Below, in pieces: positions 7,497-16,441 of a stretch of 35,238 nucleotides of DNA (position 1 is the first letter of the stretch; each line of letters opens with the position of its first letter). The DNA lies in IMG/VR virus record IMGVR_UViG_3300037467_001409, positions 1-35,238 of that record. One strand, given 5' to 3'. A model generated the notes under the pieces. It was not told the origin of the DNA. It made no database searches and was given only the letters and a program-made list of their open reading frames with translations. The position numbers were made by a program, and so were the translations under genes. The DNA comes from a virus. Its lineage: Duplodnaviria > Caudoviricetes.

Positions 7497-8628
7497 GTGG
7501 CAGACAGCCTCGGGCGAAGTGCGCGAAGCATGGTTGCTCCGCTATACCGACTCGACGGGCAAGCGCCGCGCAAAGCAATTCGCCAAGAAGGGTGACGCGG
7601 AGGCTTACCGCATCAAGTCGGGCTGGGAGCTGGCGCAAGGCATTCACACTCCCGACGCGGCAAGCATCACGGTTGAAGAGGCTTACAAGCTCTGGCTGCA
7701 ACGCGCCCGCGCCGAAAAGCTGGAGCGGTCCACGATCAAGTCATACGAAGAGATAGGGCGGCTTCACATTGTCCCGATGATCGGCGGCGACAAGCTCTCG
7801 AAACTGTCGATGCCGAGCGTTCAGGCGTTTGTCGATTCGCTGCTGCTCACGCGCTCCAGGGCAATGACGGCCAAGGCGCTGTCCGCCCTGTCGTCCATCA
7901 TCGTGGAGGCGCAACGTCGCGGCCTGGTCGCTCAAAACGTCGCCAAGGGGGTCAAGGTCGTGCGGCCCAAGCGCGACCGGAAGAGGATCGTCGTTCCGCC
8001 CAAGGAGCATCTGCGGGCGATGCTGGAAACGGCGCAAGCGGAGTTCCCCGACTTTTACCCGCTGCTGCTGACGGACGCCCTGACCGCCCTTCGATCTTCC
8101 GAGATTCGCGGGCTTCGCCGCGTTGACGTTAATCTGCGAACCGGCGAGCTTACCGTTTGCCAGCGAGCCGATCAGTGGGGAGAGATTGGCCCGCCGAAGT
8201 CGGCAGCCGGTTACCGGACTATTCCGATCCCGCCGCTGCTGGTTTCCGAGCTTCGCAAGTGGATGCTCCGCGCGCCGAAGTCGTCGCTGGGGCTTCTGTT
8301 CCCCAACAGCGACGGTGGCGTTCGGCTGCACTCCAACCTTCTCAATCGGGAGTATTGGCCGCTGCAAATAAGCGCAGGGCTTATCAAGCGAACAGGCGCG
8401 CTCGATAATGAAGGGCAGCCTATGGTTAGGGCGCTCTATGACTTTCACTCGCTGCGGCATTTCGCGGCCTCGGCCTGGATCAAGCAGCGCGTCGATCTAA
8501 AGCGGCTGACAACGTGGCTGGGTCACGCCAGCGTCCAGACAACGCTCGATGTTTATGGTCACCTGATCCGCGACGAACAGGGCGATGCGGCGATTGCCGC
8601 CGCCGCCCTGGATGAGCTGCTGGCGTAA
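7474..8628 (+). CDS. int: Tyrosine integrase
   Basis: Catalytic residues in ALRSSEI, PPKS, FHSLRH, LGH, VYGH; start moved to TTG 7474 after GGGAG. Confidence 0.95.
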   Translation: MATIKKRRWQTASGEVREAWLLRYTDSTGKRRAKQFAKKGDAEAYRIKSGWELAQGIHTPDAASITVEEAYKLWLQRARAEKLERSTIKSYEEIGRLHIVPMIGGDKLSKLSMPSVQAFVDSLLLTRSRAMTAKALSALSSIIVEAQRRGLVAQNVAKGVKVVRPKRDRKRIVVPPKEHLRAMLETAQAEFPDFYPLLLTDALTALRSSEIRGLRRVDVNLRTGELTVCQRADQWGEIGPPKSAAGYRTIPIPPLLVSELRKWMLRAPKSSLGLLFPNSDGGVRLHSNLLNREYWPLQISAGLIKRTGALDNEGQPMVRALYDFHSLRHFAASAWIKQRVDLKRLTTWLGHASVQTTLDVYGHLIRDEQGDAAIAAAALDELLA

Positions 8629-8657
8629 CTATTCCCGCTCGGAATACTTTTCCCTCA

Positions 8658-8678
8658 TGCCACACGAATGGCACATGA
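8658..8678 (+). repeat. Integrase arm-type sites, left pair
   Basis: TGCCACACGA (8658) and TGGCACATGA (8669), 11-bp period. Confidence 0.75.
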
Positions 8679-8711
8679 CGCGCCTTCCTTGGCGGAAAAC
8701 TGCGGAGCGAT

Positions 8712-8762
8712 AGCGGAATCATAATCCGCGTGTCGGGGGTTCAAGTCCCTCCTCCGCTACCA
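8712..8762 (+). other. attP: attP core: 3' two-thirds of a tRNA with CAT anticodon (elongator tRNA-Met type)
   Basis: Anticodon arm GCGGA-ATCATAA-TCCGC, T arm GGGGG-TTCAAGT-CCCTC, acceptor 3' strand CTCCGCT-ACCA; no D arm or 5' acceptor strand; 84 bp after int. Confidence 0.9.
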
Positions 8763-8881
8763 ACGGAAACGCTAGTAAAACCGCCATTTCTCAGGTTCCC
8801 GGTCCGGAATCTCCGGTTCTCGTTCCTTTCGATTTTGTTTCGCAGTTTTCTGCCATTTCCCGCTCGTCGGCTTTTTGTCAG

Positions 8882-8902
8882 TGGCACACGATTGGCACAC
8901 GA
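8882..8902 (+). repeat. Integrase arm-type sites, right pair
   Basis: TGGCACACGA twice (8882, 8893), 11-bp period. Confidence 0.78.
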
Positions 8903-8987
8903 TTTTCACCGCGTGTTGACGAAAATGGTTGCACCATGCCAAGTTCTATGATACGCGCCATCACAATAGCTTTTTTGCGTCTTCGGC

Positions 8988-9012
8988 AGACCACCCTCCG
9001 GGGTGGTCTTTT
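8988..9012 (+). terminator. Intrinsic terminator between attP and terS
   Basis: AGACCACCC-TCCG-GGGTGGTCT followed by TTT. Confidence 0.75.
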
Positions 9013-9327
9013 CGTTTCCGGCACCCGCGCTAGGCGCGGCAGCCGGAATGCGCGGCCCGCTTTCTGCCATTGGGCGTGGCTGCGCCGCGCGGCGGTTCGC
9101 ATTGCTCCTCTTTTGCGTGTCCGGCTTGGGTTGGCGGGCATTAAGCGCATCCGAGTGAAAGGGCGCGGGTTGGTTCCCCGCCGCCTCGCGATCCGACCGC
9201 CGCGCATTTCTTTTCAGACAGGGCTTCGGCCCGCGCCCGTCCGCTCCCCTAGCAAGGCGAGCATCCAAAAGCATTGCGCCTCTTCATGGTGCGAAGCGGA
9301 CGGGCACCAATTCACCGGGGGAGATTC

Positions 9328-9813
9328 ATGGCGAAGGCAAAAGTTGCCAAGGAGCCCGCGAAACGCGGCCAGCCGACGAAGTATCGTCCGGAATACTGCG
9401 AGAAGGTCGTCGCGTGGGGCAAGGAAGGATTGTCCATCGCGCAAATGTGCGCGGAGATTGGCGTCACCTATAACACGATCCAAGTGAATTGGCCCAAAGC
9501 CTTCCCCGAGTTCAAGGAGGCGATGGAGCTGTGGGAAGTCCACGCCCAGGCTTATTGGGAGGCCAAGATTCCCGTCAACCTGACCAATCGGGAGTTCCAG
9601 GCTCACCTCTACCTTCGCTCGATGGCCGCGCGCTTCCCGAAGCATTGGCGCGAATCCACGCGAAGCGAGCTGACCGGCGCGGACGGCGCGCCGCTCAATC
9701 CCTCGCCGCTGCTGCCTGATGTTTCGCATTTGGACGAAGAGCAGCTTGCAGTCCTCGCCTCGATCCGGCTCAAGGCCGATGACAGGGACGGGGAGGAAGC
9801 CACTCGCCATTGA
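9328..9813 (+). CDS. terS: Terminase small subunit
   Basis: RGQPTKYRPE plus HTH, C-terminal ELTGADGAPL; ATG 9328 after GGGGGAG; overlaps the terL start. Confidence 0.85.
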   Translation: MAKAKVAKEPAKRGQPTKYRPEYCEKVVAWGKEGLSIAQMCAEIGVTYNTIQVNWPKAFPEFKEAMELWEVHAQAYWEAKIPVNLTNREFQAHLYLRSMAARFPKHWRESTRSELTGADGAPLNPSPLLPDVSHLDEEQLAVLASIRLKADDRDGEEATRH

Positions 9814-11366
9814 GCCTCGTAGCCGACGCCGCGACGATTGAAGCGGCGCGGCGCGAGCTGGCTAGACGCAGCTTTCCAAAGTTCGCCTGCATGGTGGACA
9901 TTCCGACCTTGCCGCCGGACGAGGAAGAGCTGGGCGAAGATGATCCGTTCCCGGTCCGTCGCCTGACAAGCGGTCTTGCAGCGCATCATGCGCTGCTGTG
10001 CCAGAAACTACAGGAAATTGAGTCCGGAACGCTTCAAAACCTGATGGTCTTGATGCCTCCGGGATCGGCTAAGTCAACCTACGTCGATGTCGTTTTCGTG
10101 CCGTGGTTCATGGCGAAGCGGAAGCGCCGTCACGTTATCCTCGCCAGCTACGCCAGCGACATTGCTGGCAAACAGGGCAGGCGCGCCCGCCAGCTCATTA
10201 AGTCGCAATCCTTTCAGAACCTAATGGGCGGGGTTACGCTTACCGCCGATCATCGCGCTGCCGACGAATGGAGCCTGACAAACGGCTCAGAATACATGGC
10301 TGGGGGCTTGCTTTCCGGGCTGACCGGCAACCGTGCCTCGCTGGGCGTTCTGGACGATCCGATAAGGGGCCGGGAGGCCGCTGAAAGCGAAACGATCCGG
10401 AAGAAAACATGGGAAGCGTATCAGGACGATTTTTGCTCTCGTCTTATTCCTGGCGCTCCGCAAATAATGATTCTTACGCGCTGGCACGAGGACGATCCTG
10501 CCGGGCGCATCCTCCCCGAAAAGTGGGATGGGGAATCGGGCTGGATTGACGGACGCGATGGCCGCAAGTGGTTTGTGATTTGCCTTCCGGCGATTTGCGA
10601 CCGCAACGATGATCCGCTCGGACGCGAGATTGGCGAAAGCCTATGGCCGGAGTGGTTCGGACGTCAAACGGGCGACCCTCTGCTGCATTGGCTTCCGTTC
10701 CAGAAAGATCATCGGGGTTGGTCGAGCCTCTATCAGCAAAAGCCTTCACCTGAGGATGGCACGTTCTTTTCCAAGGACTGGTTTCCGTCTTGGAAAGAGC
10801 GGCCAAAGCATCTGCGGGTTTACGGCTCCAGCGATTACGCGGTTAGCGAAGGCAAGGGCGACTATACGGTTCACCGTGTTTGGGGAATCGACGCGGACGA
10901 TAATCTTTATCGGCTGGATGGGTGGCGCGGGCAAACGTCATCCGACAAGTGGATAGACCGCAAGCTCGATCTCATTCAGCTACACAAGCCGCTGGCGTGG
11001 TTCGGGGAATCCGGGGTCATCCAGAAGGCGATTGAGCCCGCGCTTCGCAAGCGCATGAACGAACGCAAGGTTTTCTGTCGCCTGGAATGGCTGCCTTCCG
11101 TTGCGGACAAGCCGTCGCGGGCGCGCGGCTTTCAGGCCCGCGCCGCGATGGGCAAGGTTCTATTCGAGCCCGACGCCGATCTCTCGGAGTTCATGGCGTT
11201 CCCAGCGGGGAAGAACGACGATGAAGTGGACACGGCTTCGCTGATGGGCCGCGCTCTGGATCAGGCTCACCCCGCCATTGTCCCCGAAGCTGAGAGCGTC
11301 GGCGGAAGCAATGACTATGGCGAGAATGACTATCTGGATGCTGCCGACAACTGGAAGACTGCATGA
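9810..11366 (+). CDS. terL: Terminase large subunit
   Basis: Walker A MPPGSAKS, Walker B GVLDDP, LTRWHEDD, nuclease motifs SDYA and FPAGKNDDEVD. Confidence 0.95.
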   Translation: MSLVADAATIEAARRELARRSFPKFACMVDIPTLPPDEEELGEDDPFPVRRLTSGLAAHHALLCQKLQEIESGTLQNLMVLMPPGSAKSTYVDVVFVPWFMAKRKRRHVILASYASDIAGKQGRRARQLIKSQSFQNLMGGVTLTADHRAADEWSLTNGSEYMAGGLLSGLTGNRASLGVLDDPIRGREAAESETIRKKTWEAYQDDFCSRLIPGAPQIMILTRWHEDDPAGRILPEKWDGESGWIDGRDGRKWFVICLPAICDRNDDPLGREIGESLWPEWFGRQTGDPLLHWLPFQKDHRGWSSLYQQKPSPEDGTFFSKDWFPSWKERPKHLRVYGSSDYAVSEGKGDYTVHRVWGIDADDNLYRLDGWRGQTSSDKWIDRKLDLIQLHKPLAWFGESGVIQKAIEPALRKRMNERKVFCRLEWLPSVADKPSRARGFQARAAMGKVLFEPDADLSEFMAFPAGKNDDEVDTASLMGRALDQAHPAIVPEAESVGGSNDYGENDYLDAADNWKTA

Positions 11367-13309
11367 TGGCGGGAGGCGACGAATTGACCGACAATTTTCG
11401 CCATTACGTCGATCAATTCGAGGAGGCCCAGCGGGTAACGTGCGGTGGTCGAAAGGAATCCGAAAAGGCGCGCGATTACGTCGATGGTCGGCAGTTCACC
11501 GCAGAAGAGGAAGCTCTTCTAAAGAAGCGCCGCCAGCCGATCACTCCCGAAAACTTGATCCGCCCCAAGATCGAATCTCTTTGCGGGCTGGAGCTTCAAG
11601 GCCGCACCGATCCGAAAGCCTATCCCCGCACTCCGGTTCACGAGCCTGACGCTGACGCTGCGACGGATGCTCTGCGCTACGTTGCACAGGCTCAGGACTT
11701 CAACATTAAGAAGTCCCGCGTTTTCGAGAATATGCTGGTTGAAGGCTTCGGCGGCGTCGAAGTCTCTGTTCGTCAGCTACGCGATGGATCGGTTGACCCG
11801 TATCTCGTCCATATTGAATGGCACCGCCTCTATTACGATCCGCATAGCAGCCGCGCCGACTTCGAAGATGCGACCTACAAGGGTTATACGACCTGGATGG
11901 ACGAGGAGGAGGCGCTTCGTCACACCAAGCCGGGTGGCAAGTGGGCTGGCAAGGAAGACGTGATTCAGGGCACCAAGAGTTCGCCCTTCTCAACGTCCAC
12001 GACTGACCACGCGGACCGCCCGGCGTGGGCCGCGTGGTTCGACGCTAAGCGCCGCCGCGTCCGGATCAATACGCACTATCATCTTGTCGATGGTGTCTGG
12101 AACGTCTGCGTCTTTACGCTGGCTGGCTCTCTGGAAGACACGAAGCCGGTCCCGTTTCTCGATGAGCAGGGCAAGCCTGAATGTCCGCTGGTGATGGAAT
12201 CCGCCTACATCGACAGGGATAATGATCGCTACGGGATTGTTCGCGACATGATCCCGCTCCAGGACGGCGTGAACAAGCGCCACGGCAAATTCCTGCATAT
12301 GATTAGCAGCACAAAGGTCCGGGTTTCCCGAACCGCTGGTGCTGACGCGGAAGCGATCCGCAAGGAAATGCAGCGTCCTGATGGTGTCATTGTCGCAGAG
12401 CAGGGCGAATTTGAAGAGATCGGCAATCTGGGCAAAGAATCAGCGCAGTTCCAGCTAATGCAGGATATGCGCGCAACGCTGAAAGCGAACGTCGGCCCGA
12501 ATGCCTATCTTTCCGGCAAGCTCGGAACGGACCAGTCGGGCAAGGCAATCTCGCTCCAGCAACAGGCTGGAATGACGGAAATGGCCCGCCTGCTCGATAA
12601 CCTCCGGCATTTTACGCTGAGGGTCTATCGCCAGTGTTGGAACAGAATCCGCCAGTATTGGGATGCGCCGCGATGGATTCGCGTAACCGACAATTCGGAT
12701 AGCGCGGCTCGGTTCGTCGCGATCAACCAACCGCCGCAGATGACGCCGGATCAGGCCATTGCCGGTGCCATGAAGGTTCGTGACGCGCTCCACGCTGGAA
12801 TGATCGACGTTCCAACCGCGATGAAATACGCCGCCGATCTGGAAGGCATGGCGCGAACGAAGAATCCCGTTGCCGAGCTTGATGTCGATATTGAGATTGA
12901 TGAAGTGGCGGATACTCCGACGCTCCAGATCGAGCAGTTCCAGCAACTCACTCAATTGCTGGGAACGGGCATTATGCCAGCGTCCCCGCAGCTTCTCCGC
13001 CTGATCATCGAGGCGTCTTCCTTGCGCGATAAGCCGAAGTTGCTGGAGATTGTGGACAACATGGAAAAGCAGCAGGCGGCTGCCGCCAGTGCAGCGCCGA
13101 ATGCTGGCCAGCCGAATCAGGCGCAAGGTTTGGACCTACAGAAAACCGCTGCCGACATTGCCAACACGCAAGCCAACTCGGAAAAAACCGCCGCTCAAAT
13201 TGATCTTATCCGGGCTCAGGCGAGAACGGAGCAGGCCAAGGCGTTTGCTGCCGGAATGCAGGTTAACGCCATTGCAGGAATGGGACGGACTCCCGGCCTA
13301 GCGGCCTAA
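11363..13309 (+). CDS. Portal protein (P22-like)
   Basis: Follows terL; DYVDGRQF, ENLIRPKI, YGIVRDMIPLQDGVNKR, SGKAI, WIRVTD; long C-terminal helical region. Confidence 0.9.
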   Translation: MMAGGDELTDNFRHYVDQFEEAQRVTCGGRKESEKARDYVDGRQFTAEEEALLKKRRQPITPENLIRPKIESLCGLELQGRTDPKAYPRTPVHEPDADAATDALRYVAQAQDFNIKKSRVFENMLVEGFGGVEVSVRQLRDGSVDPYLVHIEWHRLYYDPHSSRADFEDATYKGYTTWMDEEEALRHTKPGGKWAGKEDVIQGTKSSPFSTSTTDHADRPAWAAWFDAKRRRVRINTHYHLVDGVWNVCVFTLAGSLEDTKPVPFLDEQGKPECPLVMESAYIDRDNDRYGIVRDMIPLQDGVNKRHGKFLHMISSTKVRVSRTAGADAEAIRKEMQRPDGVIVAEQGEFEEIGNLGKESAQFQLMQDMRATLKANVGPNAYLSGKLGTDQSGKAISLQQQAGMTEMARLLDNLRHFTLRVYRQCWNRIRQYWDAPRWIRVTDNSDSAARFVAINQPPQMTPDQAIAGAMKVRDALHAGMIDVPTAMKYAADLEGMARTKNPVAELDVDIEIDEVADTPTLQIEQFQQLTQLLGTGIMPASPQLLRLIIEASSLRDKPKLLEIVDNMEKQQAAAASAAPNAGQPNQAQGLDLQKTAADIANTQANSEKTAAQIDLIRAQARTEQAKAFAAGMQVNAIAGMGRTPGLAA

Positions 13310-13454
13310 CCGAACAAACAGAATTGCAACGCGCCGATCCTCGCAAGGGGAGGCGCTGCCATGCCCGTCACCGGGGCCAAACGGGTGGAACCTGACCGCC
13401 GGGGGAAACGGGCGTTTCGTAGTCAGCCAACGAGAAGGGCGAAGGGCATAAAGC

Positions 13455-14348
13455 ATGGATAACGATCTGGATGGAATCCTGAACGGGACGAACGAAGCTC
13501 CAACGGAAGCACAACCGGCGGCGGTGGAAGCCGCTCCGGAAGCGGAAGTGGAAGCTGTCGCTGCCGAGCCTGAGGCGAAAGCTGACGGCGTTGACCGGGT
13601 GCCGAAGGGCGAACCGGGGGCAGGACAGTTCAAGAGCAAGGACGATCCGAAGGGCGAAGAGGCCGCGCCGCCTGCGGCAGAGGAGGAGTCCGCTACAGCT
13701 CCGGTTGGTGCCCTGAAAGCGGAGAGAAGCAAGAGACAGGCCGCTGAAGAGCGGGAGCGGGCCAAGGATGCCGAGCTGGAACGGCTTCGCGCCGATCTGG
13801 AACGGTTCCGGCAGCCGCAACCGGCAATTCAGCCCCAACCGTCACCGGCCCAGGTCGCGACGGAACAGGCTCCTCCTGACAGGTGGGACGATCCGGAAGG
13901 ATACGACCGCTGGCTGGTGGATCAGGCCACAAAGCGCGCGACGGAAACGGCGCGTGCAGAGGCGTATCAGACTTTTCAATATCAGCGGTTCGCAAGTTCC
14001 GCCGAAGAGATGAAGTCGAAGCTGCCGGATTATGCCGAGAAAATCGGCGTATTCGAGCAGATGCTACAGCACAACCCGGCGCTGCTGGATGAGCTGTATC
14101 GTGCGCCGAACCCTGCGGAATACGCTTACAACACGGCGAAGATTCAAGTCGAGATCAGCGAATACGGCGGACTCGACGGGCTGATTAACGCGCGTGTCCA
14201 GGCGGCTCTACAGGGTCAAGCGGCGCAAACGCCAACTCCTGCTCCTGCTCCGATTCCTTCCACACTTGCGGACGCCCAAAGCGCGCGCGGCTCTGCCGCT
14301 GGCGCGTCAAGCGGTCCGCTTTCCCTCGATCAAATCTTGAAGGGCTGA
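13455..14348 (+). CDS. Capsid scaffolding protein
   Basis: Acidic, Ala/Pro-rich, coiled coil (ALKAERSKRQAAE), NPAEYAY; lies between portal and capsid. Confidence 0.8.
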   Translation: MDNDLDGILNGTNEAPTEAQPAAVEAAPEAEVEAVAAEPEAKADGVDRVPKGEPGAGQFKSKDDPKGEEAAPPAAEEESATAPVGALKAERSKRQAAEERERAKDAELERLRADLERFRQPQPAIQPQPSPAQVATEQAPPDRWDDPEGYDRWLVDQATKRATETARAEAYQTFQYQRFASSAEEMKSKLPDYAEKIGVFEQMLQHNPALLDELYRAPNPAEYAYNTAKIQVEISEYGGLDGLINARVQAALQGQAAQTPTPAPAPIPSTLADAQSARGSAAGASSGPLSLDQILKG

Positions 14349-14368
14349 ATCGCCCGGGAGATAAATAA

Positions 14369-15481
14369 ATGACGCAGACTGCGGCCGCAACCGGCCTCAC
14401 CCCTCAGCAATTCGACGATCAGTTCTTCGTCGATTATCTTCGGAATAACCCGTTCAATGCCTACATGGGCACCGGGGAAACCGACATCATCCAGGTGAAG
14501 CGCAACCTTCAGAAGAAGAAGGGCGACAGCATCACTTATGCGCTGGTGAACAAGTTTTCGGGCGCTGCCAATAACGGCACGAGCAAGCTTGAAGGCAACG
14601 AAGAGGCGGGCGTTTCGCGCTCGCACAAGTTGACCGTCTCGCTCCGCCGTAACGGCTTCTCGACGACTGAGTTCGAAGAGCAGAAGTCGGCTATCGACCT
14701 CCGCACCGCGTTCAAAGCGCAGATGCGCGAGTGGGCGATGACCCAGGACGTTCAGCGCGTCGTGGATCAGCTCTACTCGAAGAATGGCGTTGCCTACGCT
14801 TCCGCGACGGAAGCGCAGAAGGATGCGTGGTTGGATGACAACATCGACCGCGTTCTCTTCGGTGCAACCAAGTCGAATGTCTCAACGTCGGCTCCCGCAG
14901 GCGGCGCGACGAACGACCACTCGGCTTCGCTTCTCAACATCGACAATACGGCGGACAAGCTGACTGCTTCTTCGCTGTCGCTGATGAAGCGCATTGCCCT
15001 GTCGGCAAGCCCAAAGATTCGTCCGATCATGGACGAAGGCAACAACAAGCGCCGGTTTGTCGTGTTCGCTCATCCGCTCTGCTTCCGCGATCTGAAAACC
15101 GATCCGGTTATTACGCAGGCTCAGCGCGAAGTGAACCTTGCCAATCAGAACAGCAAGCTGTTCCAGGGCGGCGACCTTGAGTGGGACGGCATGATTATCC
15201 ACGAAGTGGATGACATGACCACGCTCACCGGGGCCGGTGCTGGCGGCATCGACGTTGGCGGGGTGTTCCTCTGCGGCGCACAGGCGCTCGGCCTCGGCAT
15301 CGCCATGCCGTGGCAGACGCGTGAGAAGAAGGAAACCGACTACGAGAACGAACAGGGCGTTGCCATCGTCACCATCGACGGCCTCGACAAGCTGACGTTC
15401 GGCTCGGGTTCCACGGATACTGCCGACCTGAAGGATCACGGTGTTGTCACCGGCTACTTCGCGGCGGTTGCCGACGCCTAA
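14369..15481 (+). CDS. Major capsid protein (DUF4043 / N4-gp56-like)
   Basis: 370 aa; KKKGDSITY, LEGNEE, SAIDLR, VFAHP...DLK, LFQGG..WDGMIIHE, LCGAQAL, KDHGVV. Confidence 0.9.
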   Translation: MTQTAAATGLTPQQFDDQFFVDYLRNNPFNAYMGTGETDIIQVKRNLQKKKGDSITYALVNKFSGAANNGTSKLEGNEEAGVSRSHKLTVSLRRNGFSTTEFEEQKSAIDLRTAFKAQMREWAMTQDVQRVVDQLYSKNGVAYASATEAQKDAWLDDNIDRVLFGATKSNVSTSAPAGGATNDHSASLLNIDNTADKLTASSLSLMKRIALSASPKIRPIMDEGNNKRRFVVFAHPLCFRDLKTDPVITQAQREVNLANQNSKLFQGGDLEWDGMIIHEVDDMTTLTGAGAGGIDVGGVFLCGAQALGLGIAMPWQTREKKETDYENEQGVAIVTIDGLDKLTFGSGSTDTADLKDHGVVTGYFAAVADA

Positions 15482-15487
15482 CCGACT

Positions 15488-15522
15488 TGGGGGTGAGGGC
15501 TTCGCGCCCTCCCCCCACTTTT
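15488..15522 (+). terminator. Intrinsic terminator after the capsid gene
   Basis: TGGGGG(T)GAGGGC-TTCGC-GCCCTCCCCCCA followed by CTTTT. Confidence 0.7.
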
Positions 15523-15541
15523 CTGCGAAAGGGATAATTCA

Positions 15542-15748
15542 ATGAGTATCACGCTCCAGCAGGACGTGAAGGCTGGCGGGATGAACCAGGGCGATCTTTA
15601 TGCCGTGGTTTCCAATGTCGTCGATGCCGTCAACGCACTCATTTCCGATCACAATACGCTCCGCACCAAGCTCAATGCGGACGCGGGCGTGACGGATACC
15701 AACTACGCGGCTTCGACCGCGACAACGGTGAAGCTCACCAAGGGCTAA
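15542..15748 (+). CDS. Small virion protein (candidate capsid decoration protein)
   Basis: Directly after the capsid gene, has an RBS, contains a short coiled coil. Confidence 0.55.
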   Translation: MSITLQQDVKAGGMNQGDLYAVVSNVVDAVNALISDHNTLRTKLNADAGVTDTNYAASTATTVKLTKG

Positions 15749-15752
15749 TTCC

Positions 15753-15783
15753 GGCGGGGGCCTAGGCTCCCGCCTCCATTTTC
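15753..15783 (+). terminator. Hairpin, possible weak terminator
   Basis: GGCGGGGGCC-TA-GGCTCCCGCC followed by TCCATTTTC. Confidence 0.45.
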
Positions 15784-15806
15784 TCGCGATCTGATGGGGG
15801 CGCTTG

Positions 15807-16439
15807 ATGGCCACAACGTGCCTCGACATCGTTACCTACGCGATGCGCCAGTCCCGCATCATTGGCCCCGGAAGGGAGCCAAGGGACGCGGAAGCCGAAG
15901 AAGGAATGGTGGCGCTCCAATCGCTTTACGACCAGTGGCGGACGGGCGGAATGTTCGGCAGGCTTGCCGACGTTTACCTGTCCGGCGATGCCAACGCCCA
16001 AGAGGGCAAGCGATATTATGTCCCCGCTGGCGTCACCCTGACGGACGCAACGAACGATTATGTTCCGGACTATCCTCTGAACGATTACGGCTGCGGCTGT
16101 GACTACGGAAGCGGCATTTCGACTGGCGTAACGCGCCAGCCCTACGACGTCGCTCTTTACGAAGTCGTCGATAGCAGCGGCAATCTTTCGGCCAAGCTCT
16201 ACGACCGTAGCGCGTGGGTTGATTTGCTTGACCTCGCGCTGACGGACATTGCTCCGCTATCTAGCCGCAACGCCTATGGCCTCGCGGCCTGTCTTGCGAC
16301 CTCTGGCGGCTTCGTCTCCGTATTCGGCGGCGAACCTCCCTCCGCCATCTCCAATCTTGCAGCACAGTTCACCCGCAACCTTTCATCCAAGTTCGGCTCG
16401 TCACAGGATATGACGGGCGACTTGGAAACCTGGATGTAG
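15807..16439 (+). CDS. Head-tail adaptor (P22 gp4-like)
   Basis: MATTCLDIVTYAMRQSRII..G.EP...EAEEGMVALQSLYDQW; C-terminal LAACLA; position. Confidence 0.7.
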   Translation: MATTCLDIVTYAMRQSRIIGPGREPRDAEAEEGMVALQSLYDQWRTGGMFGRLADVYLSGDANAQEGKRYYVPAGVTLTDATNDYVPDYPLNDYGCGCDYGSGISTGVTRQPYDVALYEVVDSSGNLSAKLYDRSAWVDLLDLALTDIAPLSSRNAYGLAACLATSGGFVSVFGGEPPSAISNLAAQFTRNLSSKFGSSQDMTGDLETWM

Positions 16440-16441
16440 CG

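Noticed and set aside
8690-8762. Complete phage-encoded tRNA gene
   Set aside because: No 5' acceptor strand or D arm upstream of 8712; it is an att core fragment
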